DNA of 64,000 bases, taken from the NCBI GenBank assembly GCA_913055745.1, contig CAJXJZ010000001.1, forward strand, positions 2,798 through 66,797. Direction: 5' to 3'. The notes under the pieces were generated by a model. The model saw only the letters and a list, made by a program, of their open reading frames with translations. It was not told where the DNA came from and searched no databases. A program made the position numbers and the translations under genes. The stretch comes from an uncultured bacterium (GTDB taxonomy: Bacteria > Hydrothermota > Hydrothermia > UBA1063 > CAJXJZ01). This document shows, one piece after another, positions 10,268 to 18,727 of the stretch. The stretch's first letter is position 1; every line of letters starts with the position of its first letter.

Positions 10268-10676
10268 CGCTTCACATAGAATATTCAAGGATTACCATGG
10301 TAAGTGCCAAAACCTTCATGGTCATACCTACAAGGTGGAAATAGAAATACAAGGAGAAACGGATGAAAAGGGTATGCTCGTGGACTTCAATATCCTGAAA
10401 AAACTCGTTCATGACTTTTATGACCATAAGGTTATTCTTCATAAGGACGACCCACTTGCTGAATGCCTGAAAAAAGAAAGGCAAAACCTCATCCTTTTAA
10501 GCAACAATCCAACTGCAGAGAACATAGCAAAACAGATCGCTGCCAATATTATGGGTCATACTGATGTATCATATGTAAAGGCATGTGTCTATGAAACACC
10601 ATCCCAATGTGCAGTTTTTACATTAAAGAACAGAGAACAGGTTGATATAGAATGGGAAGAGATAAACTTCCAGTAG
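10239..10676 (+). CDS. queD: 6-carboxy-5,6,7,8-tetrahydropterin synthase
   Basis: PTPS fold with CQNLHGHTY (CxxxHGH) zinc/catalytic motif. The 145 aa size fits. Confidence 0.85.
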   Translation: MIIKWQKTFDASHRIFKDYHGKCQNLHGHTYKVEIEIQGETDEKGMLVDFNILKKLVHDFYDHKVILHKDDPLAECLKKERQNLILLSNNPTAENIAKQIAANIMGHTDVSYVKACVYETPSQCAVFTLKNREQVDIEWEEINFQ

Positions 10677-11347
10677 TGGAGATCTTCTCATCAATACAGG
10701 GAGAAGGGCCTTATCAAGGAAGGTCGGGGCTCTTTTTAAGATTGGGTACATGTAATTTAAGATGTGCGTTTTGCGATACAGCATATGCCCTTCATCCATC
10801 AAAAAAATGGCAATACCTATCCAAAGCAGAACTTTTGAATCTCCTATTAAAAAAGTACAGTCATAAGTTAAGACATCTTATTATTACCGGTGGAGAACCC
10901 ATGCTCTTTGAAAAACTGCTCTTTGAAGCCATAAGGCCACTGCATCAGAGAATTGAACTTCTTGAAATAGAGACTAATGGAACCATTAAGCCCATGTACT
11001 TTCAAAAATTACCCAATATCGTGTTTAATGTATCGCCCAAACTCTCAAACTCAAAGATGCCTTATAAAAAGCGTATTATAGAAGATGCCCTTTCATTTTA
11101 TTCAAACCTTGAAAATGCCTTTTTCAAATTTGTTATAAAGGATGAAGAGGATTTAAAAGAGGTACTTGATATTAAAGAACGATTTTTTATTCCAAATAAT
11201 AAGGTCTTTCTTATGCCGCTTGGTAAAACTAAAAAAGAACTCCGTCAGAATGCACCAGGGGTTTTTCAACTGGCAAAGACCCATGATTTTAATTATTCAT
11301 GCAGGATTCAAATAGAAATATTTGGTGGAAGAAGACACGGTGTATAA
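10652..11347 (+). CDS. queE: 7-carboxy-7-deazaguanine synthase (radical SAM)
   Basis: The N-terminus VVEIFSSIQGEGPYQGRSGLFLRLGTCNLRCAFCDT is the QueE signature, including the Cx14CxxC-type cluster motif. Confidence 0.85.
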   Translation: MGRDKLPVVEIFSSIQGEGPYQGRSGLFLRLGTCNLRCAFCDTAYALHPSKKWQYLSKAELLNLLLKKYSHKLRHLIITGGEPMLFEKLLFEAIRPLHQRIELLEIETNGTIKPMYFQKLPNIVFNVSPKLSNSKMPYKKRIIEDALSFYSNLENAFFKFVIKDEEDLKEVLDIKERFFIPNNKVFLMPLGKTKKELRQNAPGVFQLAKTHDFNYSCRIQIEIFGGRRHGV

Positions 11348-11351
11348 CCTC

Positions 11352-11729
11352 ATGCTATTTATGCTTTTTAATCTATCCTATGCAGACCTACTCATAGGAG
11401 AAGACACTCTACATGTAGAAGTTGCAGAAACATTTTATGAGAAGGAAAAGGGCCTTATGTTCAGAACCCATCTTGCACCTGATTCTGGCATGCTTTTTGT
11501 ATTTGAAAGGCCACAAACGCTTTCCTTCTGGATGAAAAACACTCTAATACCACTTGATATAGTGTTCTTAGACTCAGCATTTGTTGTAGTTGATATAAAA
11601 CATGGCATGCCACTTGATACAACCAGTATAATATCATCTTTGCCATGTATGTATGCATTGGAAACCAATATCAATTACTTTAAAAAGCATCATGTAAAAA
11701 AGGGTGATACAATAAAGATAATAAAATAG
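11352..11729 (+). CDS. DUF192 (COG1430) family protein
   Basis: The LIPLDIVFLDS block is characteristic of DUF192. The start is moved to ATG 11352 to avoid overlap with queE. A hydrophobic N-terminus follows. Confidence 0.55.
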   Translation: MLFMLFNLSYADLLIGEDTLHVEVAETFYEKEKGLMFRTHLAPDSGMLFVFERPQTLSFWMKNTLIPLDIVFLDSAFVVVDIKHGMPLDTTSIISSLPCMYALETNINYFKKHHVKKGDTIKIIK

Positions 11730-11753
11730 GGGGCTTAAAAGCCCCCTATTTTT
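11727..11753. terminator. bidirectional rho-independent terminator
   Basis: Perfect 8 bp stem TAGGGGGC / GCCCCCTA with a 6 nt loop. A-run upstream and TTTTT downstream. It sits between the convergent DUF192 and lemA genes. Confidence 0.75.
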
Positions 11754-11754
11754 A

Positions 11755-12312
11755 TTAGAACTTTACTTCTGGTGCCTCTCTCTGGTTCTCATTTGGAAGT
11801 TCAAAGAACTCTAAGGGCTTAAAATTGAACATACCTGCTACGATGTTGTTTGGAAATACCTCGAGTGCTATGTTGTAATCACGAACAACAGCATTATAAT
11901 ACCTTCTTGCGCTCTGGATATCATTTTCTATATCACCGAGCGTTTTTTGAAGTTCAAGAAAGTTTTGATTTGCCTTCAGTTCAGGATAGTTCTCAACAAC
12001 TGCAAAGAGTCTTCCCAAAGCCTGGGTTAAGAAATTCTCTGCCTGCCCTTTTTCTCCTGGGGTCTTGGCATTCTGTGCCATACTCCTTGCCTTTGTCACA
12101 TTTTCAAAGGTCTCTTTCTCGTGTTTTGCATATCCCTTCACCGTATTCACAAGATTGGGTATAAGGTCATACCTTCTTTTAAGTTGTACATCCACATCAG
12201 ACCACGCATTCTGGCCCAGGTTTCTGAGTTTTATAAGGTTATTATACACAGCGATAATCCAGAATATCACCAAAAGTACAATACCAAGAATTACGGCTAT
12301 GGCAATGATCAC
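11755..12312 (-). CDS. lemA: LemA family protein
   Basis: N-terminal TM helix followed by conserved LemA blocks NLIKLRN, RRYDLIPNLV and QLKRRYDL. Confidence 0.8.
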   Translation of the reverse strand: MIIAIAVILGIVLLVIFWIIAVYNNLIKLRNLGQNAWSDVDVQLKRRYDLIPNLVNTVKGYAKHEKETFENVTKARSMAQNAKTPGEKGQAENFLTQALGRLFAVVENYPELKANQNFLELQKTLGDIENDIQSARRYYNAVVRDYNIALEVFPNNIVAGMFNFKPLEFFELPNENQREAPEVKF

Positions 12313-12758
12313 TCCTTTACCTCCTTCTCCTCGTTTATTTGACTTCTTATAATACCCCGTACATTTCCATTGTTATCTATAAACACTCTTATCCAATCTC
12401 CATCCTTTAAAGTTTCACTTGAAATATCTTTGCCTTTTTCATCAAGTATTACAGGGTCCGCAGCGAGTTTTAATTTCTTTGATGGCAGCAAATCTGGAAC
12501 CTCCACAATAATATTGCCCTCTTTATCAAAACCATGAAAGATGCATACAGATAAATGTCCCTTTGCAAAAAACTCCTCCTTTTCAGAAAGCTCCGGCTCT
12601 ATCCTGGCATCCTTTTCTTCTATTATAGGAGGTAATTCCTTACCAAGTAAGATTTTTTTCACCCTCTCTCTTGGAAATTTATTATTTTCAATGTACTTTT
12701 TATACTCATTCGGCACTTGGCCAACCAAAAAGAGTGTCAATAAAATATGCAACAACAT
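12309..12758 (-). CDS. hypothetical small secreted protein cotranscribed after pilY1
   Basis: Signal-peptide-like N-terminus. The reading frame is open and lysine/glutamate-rich. It has an ATGA overlap with lemA. Confidence 0.4.
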   Translation of the reverse strand: MLLHILLTLFLVGQVPNEYKKYIENNKFPRERVKKILLGKELPPIIEEKDARIEPELSEKEEFFAKGHLSVCIFHGFDKEGNIIVEVPDLLPSKKLKLAADPVILDEKGKDISSETLKDGDWIRVFIDNNGNVRGIIRSQINEEKEVKE

Positions 12759-12773
12759 AATTGCACCTCCTTT

Positions 12774-15700
12774 TTAAAAGAGTAGGCCCCTCCATATACG
12801 GGCGCCACTTTTAACCTTGTACGGCAATGGTGTTGAAGTTTGTATAATCTCACCTGTACTTGTTTGAACAACAACCTGGGCATTCGCCTCACTTGAGGCA
12901 AGGTGTACTGAAGGTGCAGATGCCATTCCTGTACCAACTTCGATCTTCCTTTGGGCTTCCCCGGATGACAATCCCAGTATTGGATTTTGATATCCTGTCC
13001 CTGTTTTATAATACAGGCCATAGAGATAAGATTGTCCACCAAAGCCACAGGGATCCTTTGTTGGCACAAAGGTTGTATAGAACACTGCGCCACCAATTAC
13101 AAGCGGCATATTCAAGGAGCGCTCATCTCTTATGTCTATATACCAACCCTGATAGTTCTCATTAACCCACGTCTCAAAACTATTGAAACTCGCTGTATCA
13201 CCTAAAACGCCATGAACATCTGCCTCTCCTGTGGTTGTATCAACCAAGACCGCTATATCTGTGGCATCTAAAAGATCATTCAAGGTATAACTCTGACTCC
13301 CTGTTTTCCATGCATCATCCTTAAATCCAAAGAGATAATTATTAGGATGCGTACTCTCATCTGCATCGCTCCAGTATCTACCTGTTCCACCAAATACCCA
13401 GAGGTTACCCTCTGCATCCATTGAGGCATTGAGTTTTGCTACTACAGGTCCTGGCAGATTAGAGATAGCAGTAGTAAGTTGCCATTCTGAAACATCGGTT
13501 GTTGGCCGGCCATTTGAGTCTGTTAAGGTTAATCTGTATACCTTGCCTTTATGCTTTTTACCCTCTCTATAATCGCAGCCAATATAAACAACATCTGTAC
13601 TATAGTCTATATTGACATCAACAACAGCAGGTGGTCCAAGATATGCCTTATCTTTATCTATTTCAAATGTACGAAGAAGTTTGCCATTTTTTGGATTAAT
13701 GATATAAACATAACCATGTTGATTGCTATTTCCATCAAAGTCTGTAGGACCAGAAGTTAGTATCACATACCAAGTAGAATCAACCTTAATAATGCCAGGC
13801 TGATTTACTGTATAACCAAGATGTCCATCTGTAAATTCCCACATAAAATCAGGAACATCAGGATTGGTAACATCTAAGGCAAAATAAGAGGACCTAAAAT
13901 TCCTTCCATTGACTGTTATTGGATACCCACCTAATCCCATTCCTCCAAATAACACAGTTCCCCAGCCTTTAGTATGTAAACTACTGGATGAAAAAATCCT
14001 TAAATCAGAGACCTTAGGCGGGAGATCCACATAATTAACATGACAGTAATCAGGCTCCATAAGCCACTTAAGATGTGGTAGTAGATTAAACGGTATATAT
14101 GCCCAGAGTTCATCGCCTATGGGAGTACCCCTCGGGTTTATCCTCTTATTCTCTCTATCAAACACACCTATATTAAAGGCATGGAGCATGCCATCATTGG
14201 CACCTACATAAACAACCGCCCTCCTATCCTTTTTATCTTCGTAAAACTCTCTGTATGTCTCATCTCTGTATATCTTATCATATCTCTCCTGTGGCTCTGC
14301 CACAATCATAGGAGTAGAATTAATAATATCTCCCAACTTCCAGGTATGGTTATTCAAATCAATATTCCTTGGCCTATAACCATAGTAATCTCTACCTTTT
14401 ATGTATCTAATTAATGTATCCGCAAAAGATCTATTAACTCCAAGGTATGGAGCAAGATCATTCCTATTACCTTGGGTAAAATGAAGCCACCTTCGAGTTG
14501 GCAAATGCGTATATATATTTCTATTCCTGTGTGACTTATTAAAGAGCCTTTCACCGGCATTAAATAAGGCGTTCATACCACGACCCAACTGGGTAAGTGG
14601 AACTATACCCACTGTATCATCTGGAATGCCATCATTATTAGTATCTTTTAATCTAATAACCCTGGTTTCATTGCCCTGCATGGTAAACCTTACAATATAG
14701 TCGTTATCGTCAAGTGTAAGGTCATGGTCTGTATCCTCTCTTAGATTACCATACTTATCAATCCAGTAGCCAAGCACAGAACCAAGCCAGTAAAAATCCA
14801 TGCCTCCCTTTGTTAATTTAGGAAGGAAGAATGCCTGCGTAGCGATACCTTCACCCTTTGATGTATTGGAAACAATGGTAACAGCAGCTGCAGCACCAAC
14901 CCTTTGTAGGATGTCCTCTATAGCCTTTCTTATAGACGCCTCAAGTTCAAAACCGTTTTGTGCCGCAAAATAGGCATCAGGAACGCCATCTCTGTTTGCA
15001 TCCCATTCTATCTGTAAATCAGGCCTATTATTACCGTTTTTATCTATAAATGCACCGTTTTTTGCCGCTTGCTTTAAATAGTTACTCCCAGAACCAAAAG
15101 CAAAAACCGTATATAGGGTCATATTCTGCATGCCAGGAATATCACCCCTCATATCGTTTGTATGCGCCCATAAGGCCGTTGATGGCAGACTATGCCCTGG
15201 CGCTGCACCTGTGCCATGATCACAGCATTGCTCACCATCTGTTATGAGAATAATAAAACTTTTCCTGCACCATACAAGACGACCCCAATCCCTATCATAA
15301 TAAGGGTCTCTTACACCGCCATGTTGGGTAGTATAATCCCAATGATAATAACGAGGGCGTTCTTGACGGAAATACCTTACTGCTTCATAGTATGATGATG
15401 TAAGCGGTGTAACACCGTTTGCAGGCATGTTTTCAACATTCGAAATAAAACGACTGAATGTAGTATTTCCTATATAAGAGACAATATGCCCACCGTATCC
15501 ATTTGTATTGTATGTAAAAAGCCCAAACCTTGGAGCATTATCGTCCCAATGGCCATCTCGGTCTTTGTCTCCTATCTGCTGAATAATGCCCCTTGCAAAG
15601 TTATCTGCCACTTTTACTTGAACATGCGCATGCCATAATCTTATTGACCACCACCACCAATGAACTCTTTCTATAATATACAGCCTGCTAGGATATCCGT

Positions 15701-16184
15701 ATCCAAGGTATCTAAAAAATTTATGGCCTCTGTATTTAAAGTATCTCCAGCCATCACCCCACCAGGTCTCTGCAACAAGCGTGTGAACATTACCCTGCCT
15801 CGACCTTGCCTTACCTCCTACAAGGACCTTTTTTGCAATATCCATCCTTGACATTGTAGCCCAGTTTAATAGATTGCCCGGAAAGCAGCCATTGGAAAGA
15901 TGACTATTGGGTCTGCAGTTGGATGGATAAAAGACACCATGACTATATCTATAATTTTTATCGTTTCTGAAATAACCGTAGTAGTGTGTATTCTCATGAA
16001 ATGTAACACCACGATACGCCCATGAATTCATACTACCTGAGTTATCTAGTAATATGAGAATATTAGGTGCTATAGATGTACCAAGAAACGGTGGTCTATT
16101 ACAGGGCATATCCTCTGCCCTTATAGTACCTATATATGCTGCCATCAGCAATATACTGATGGCTACACTTCTTACATACCTCAT
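12774..16184 (-). CDS. pilY1: type IV pilus tip adhesin PilY1-like protein with N-terminal vWA domain
   Basis: Signal peptide. vWA MIDAS motif ILILLDNSGSMN. 1136 aa, with the C-terminal two-thirds aromatic and glycine-rich, consistent with a beta-propeller. It is the last large gene of the minor-pilin operon. Confidence 0.7.
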   Translation of the reverse strand: MRYVRSVAISILLMAAYIGTIRAEDMPCNRPPFLGTSIAPNILILLDNSGSMNSWAYRGVTFHENTHYYGYFRNDKNYRYSHGVFYPSNCRPNSHLSNGCFPGNLLNWATMSRMDIAKKVLVGGKARSRQGNVHTLVAETWWGDGWRYFKYRGHKFFRYLGYGYPSRLYIIERVHWWWWSIRLWHAHVQVKVADNFARGIIQQIGDKDRDGHWDDNAPRFGLFTYNTNGYGGHIVSYIGNTTFSRFISNVENMPANGVTPLTSSYYEAVRYFRQERPRYYHWDYTTQHGGVRDPYYDRDWGRLVWCRKSFIILITDGEQCCDHGTGAAPGHSLPSTALWAHTNDMRGDIPGMQNMTLYTVFAFGSGSNYLKQAAKNGAFIDKNGNNRPDLQIEWDANRDGVPDAYFAAQNGFELEASIRKAIEDILQRVGAAAAVTIVSNTSKGEGIATQAFFLPKLTKGGMDFYWLGSVLGYWIDKYGNLREDTDHDLTLDDNDYIVRFTMQGNETRVIRLKDTNNDGIPDDTVGIVPLTQLGRGMNALFNAGERLFNKSHRNRNIYTHLPTRRWLHFTQGNRNDLAPYLGVNRSFADTLIRYIKGRDYYGYRPRNIDLNNHTWKLGDIINSTPMIVAEPQERYDKIYRDETYREFYEDKKDRRAVVYVGANDGMLHAFNIGVFDRENKRINPRGTPIGDELWAYIPFNLLPHLKWLMEPDYCHVNYVDLPPKVSDLRIFSSSSLHTKGWGTVLFGGMGLGGYPITVNGRNFRSSYFALDVTNPDVPDFMWEFTDGHLGYTVNQPGIIKVDSTWYVILTSGPTDFDGNSNQHGYVYIINPKNGKLLRTFEIDKDKAYLGPPAVVDVNIDYSTDVVYIGCDYREGKKHKGKVYRLTLTDSNGRPTTDVSEWQLTTAISNLPGPVVAKLNASMDAEGNLWVFGGTGRYWSDADESTHPNNYLFGFKDDAWKTGSQSYTLNDLLDATDIAVLVDTTTGEADVHGVLGDTASFNSFETWVNENYQGWYIDIRDERSLNMPLVIGGAVFYTTFVPTKDPCGFGGQSYLYGLYYKTGTGYQNPILGLSSGEAQRKIEVGTGMASAPSVHLASSEANAQVVVQTSTGEIIQTSTPLPYKVKSGARIWRGLLF

Positions 16185-16200
16185 AATAAGACACCTCCTC

Positions 16201-16671
16201 TTATTGTTGTGTACCTACGACCTTTCTGTATATGACCTCAAGACCAGTCTTCCCTGTTCTTGAGGTTGCCACTGAAGTAATCCTATAAAAAAGCGCTGCA
16301 CCACCTTTTGCAGCACTCTGCCCTATACCGGCATAGCCCTCTGCAAATAAAATAGAGCCACCTGTCATAGGCATTATGAATAGAAACTCAGGGTCTACCT
16401 TCACATTGTAACCTGCCATATTACCCTGCCATGATGAAAGAGGGGTACCTTGATTGTAAGATGTCAAAACCTTATCTATACCTATATCCACCCCTCCTTC
16501 TGCTGCTTGAAATGTGCCCTCATACCTTATTTGTGACGATGAGACCTTTATAGATTGTGTCACTAAATACAGTGTGGCAGAACTTGCAATAAATAAAACA
16601 GCAATAATGACAAGGACCGTAACCAGGGCTATGCCCTTCCTTCTATTTTTAATAATCTTTATTTTCCTCAT
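16201..16671 (-). CDS. pilX: PilX-like minor pilin
   Basis: Basic N-terminus then a hydrophobic helix (GIALVTVLVIIAVLFIASS), PilX-like. It sits between pilW and pilY1. Confidence 0.55.
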   Translation of the reverse strand: MRKIKIIKNRRKGIALVTVLVIIAVLFIASSATLYLVTQSIKVSSSQIRYEGTFQAAEGGVDIGIDKVLTSYNQGTPLSSWQGNMAGYNVKVDPEFLFIMPMTGGSILFAEGYAGIGQSAAKGGAALFYRITSVATSRTGKTGLEVIYRKVVGTQQ

Positions 16672-17627
16672 CTTACATTCCTCACCTTTGTTGTTATGGT
16701 ATAAATTCTTCTCCTATAATGCCTATCTTTTTGAGAAAGTGTATATTGATGGTCTTCCACCTTTATGTTCTGATGTGGATATGTATAGTTCATATCCCTT
16801 TCTCCAAGAACAACCATTTTTATCCTAACAAGTCTTATTTTCTCGCGTTCTGTGGGGGAAAGATTACTTATATCCCATCTCCACTCTCTATCATCCACTT
16901 GATAATTTTCATTTTCATCATACCAGTACGCAACTTCAAAATCCTCTACATTGTTAATCACAGGTAGACCATTGCGAAGAAGTTGTCCATTCTGTAACCT
17001 ATAGTTAATATTCATATCATTTTGATTTTGCGGTAATGCAAAAACAAAAATCCCCTTGCCAACACTCACTGTTTTATTAAGTGTCAGGACCGTAGCAGGT
17101 ACAGTATCTCCTGAGGGCCCAATATAAACCTGGTTTTGTAGAGCTGTAACCCGTGCAGGGAAGCCTGCAATTGGCGTTTTTGTGTCTGGCATTGCTGTTA
17201 TGACGTCTCCTCTGCCAATATCAACCCTCGCGTCATTCCACCTTCTGACTACGATGGTATTTGAGCCACCTGCCCCGGAATTAGATGTCAATGTAAATGT
17301 CCATTTCCCTGTGCCACCCACTGGTGGGTCAACAGACCTGAGGCTTAATACATCTGGATTGCTATTTGTTCCATTAAGTGGGTTTTGTGAACTTGGAATA
17401 CCATATCCTGCCATCAAAATATCCCATCTCAAAAGCGCAAGTGCAGACTGAAAATCGGTCTGGAGTTTGCTTATGCCTCTCTGTTTTACAGAAGTGCTTA
17501 ATTGACGGGTAAATACTTCTAAAACAGCAAGGGATAAAATGGCAAATATGGAAAGGGCTATTACCAACTCCACAAGGGTCATACCCTTACGTTTCTTTAT
17601 TTTAAAATAAAACATTGAATAAAACAC
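16668..17627 (-). CDS. pilW: PilW-like minor pilin
   Basis: Prepilin N-methylation motif KGMTLVELVIALSIF. The size (319 aa) and operon position match PilW. Confidence 0.6.
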   Translation of the reverse strand: MFYSMFYFKIKKRKGMTLVELVIALSIFAILSLAVLEVFTRQLSTSVKQRGISKLQTDFQSALALLRWDILMAGYGIPSSQNPLNGTNSNPDVLSLRSVDPPVGGTGKWTFTLTSNSGAGGSNTIVVRRWNDARVDIGRGDVITAMPDTKTPIAGFPARVTALQNQVYIGPSGDTVPATVLTLNKTVSVGKGIFVFALPQNQNDMNINYRLQNGQLLRNGLPVINNVEDFEVAYWYDENENYQVDDREWRWDISNLSPTEREKIRLVRIKMVVLGERDMNYTYPHQNIKVEDHQYTLSQKDRHYRRRIYTITTKVRNVR

Positions 17628-17636
17628 CTCCTATGT

Positions 17637-18053
17637 TTAATAATTGCTGTTAACCCTTACTGTGGTAAAAGAAAGATGGTGACTGCCAAGCCCATCTCTC
17701 CATAAAATATGTAATTTTATGGTTTTCGTGTTATTGGAATAAGACTTATCTTTAATATTATAGCCACGCGTATAAACAATGCCAGATATTGTGGTATCTG
17801 GGAGTTGGTGGTCAAAATGTGCGGTATTATCAAGATCCCCAGCATCCCCATCATCAGCAATAAGAGGACTATTGTAATCATAAGCACGCACCTGTTCCAT
17901 AAACTCCTCAGCAAGCATTTTTGCATTATTCATATTTCTCACCTTTACATTCATCTTCATAGCAATATCGAACAACGGCCCTGACAGAAAAATAGCAAAT
18001 ATAGTAAGAGCAACCAATAATTCTATTAAAGTAAAACCTTCCCTGTCTTTCAT
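17637..18053 (-). CDS. pilV: PilV-like minor pilin
   Basis: GFTLIELLVALTIF class III signal. The start is moved to the second ATG (18053..18051), which follows the RBS GGAGGTG. Confidence 0.6.
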   Translation of the reverse strand: MKDREGFTLIELLVALTIFAIFLSGPLFDIAMKMNVKVRNMNNAKMLAEEFMEQVRAYDYNSPLIADDGDAGDLDNTAHFDHQLPDTTISGIVYTRGYNIKDKSYSNNTKTIKLHILWRDGLGSHHLSFTTVRVNSNY

Positions 18054-18601
18054 TATCTCACCTCCGCCCATGCATTATTTACCCATTTATAGGCATTTAC
18101 AATACCTGTTGGTGAAACTACAATGGCAGCTGTTCCAAATTTTTTACTGGTAAAAATAATAGCGCCTTCTTCCACAGCCATGCCGTTGGGATTGAATTCG
18201 CACCGATCACCTCTCCCAAACATAATACCATCCTGGTCTGGGACAGCATTAATAAGAGGTAAGGGTATAGTTATACCACCATTTCCAAAAGTAAAATCTT
18301 TCCCGAGTACTTCTCTGGTCTCATAGTTAAGAGATAGATCTGCATTTACCCTAAAGATACGCATTGTGTCGGGTGACAAAAACTCAATTCCCCTTCTTGT
18401 GCCCTGTTCAATACTCTTATATCGCTCCCTCTGTATTATGTTTGAAATCTTCAATGCTTCATTGGTTAGTGTCTGGCTATTAAGTGTCCTTTTATACTGC
18501 CAACCTGCAATTAAGGCTAAAGTACCAATTATACCTATTATAACTAACAACTCTATAAGAGTAAAACCTACCCTTCTTTTATTATTTAATAGTAAGACCA
18601 T
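18053..18601 (-). CDS. fimT: FimT/FimU (GspH-like) minor pilin
   Basis: GFTLIELLVIIGIIG prepilin motif. RBS AAAGGAGGTG lies upstream. It is the first gene of the operon. Confidence 0.6.
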   Translation of the reverse strand: MVLLLNNKRRVGFTLIELLVIIGIIGTLALIAGWQYKRTLNSQTLTNEALKISNIIQRERYKSIEQGTRRGIEFLSPDTMRIFRVNADLSLNYETREVLGKDFTFGNGGITIPLPLINAVPDQDGIMFGRGDRCEFNPNGMAVEEGAIIFTSKKFGTAAIVVSPTGIVNAYKWVNNAWAEVR

Positions 18602-18628
18602 CTTTTCACCTCCTTTGATCTCCCCATT

Positions 18629-18652
18629 TTATTTTTTGTTTAACACAATCAT
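18629..18652 (-). other. 7-codon upstream ORF (MIVLNKK) with strong RBS between promoter and fimT
   Basis: On the minus strand the sequence reads AAGGAGGTGGTTCAT ATG ATT GTG TTA AAC AAA AAA TAA. The second RBS and the fimT ATG follow. Confidence 0.25.
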
Positions 18653-18683
18653 ATGAACCACCTCCTTTGTATTTCTATACATA

Positions 18684-18711
18684 ATTATACGCCTTTTATG
18701 CGTTTTGTCAA
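18684..18711 (-). promoter_or_regulatory. sigma70-type promoter of the minor pilin operon
   Basis: On the minus strand: TTGACA, 16 nt spacer, TATAAT. Confidence 0.5.
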
Positions 18712-18727
18712 GACCAAATTTGATAGA

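Noticed and set aside
12860-16263. Multiple short plus-strand ORFs inside pilY1
   Set aside because: They are fully contained antisense to a 1136 aa gene that has clear vWA and beta-propeller features. They are typical AT-rich shadow ORFs.
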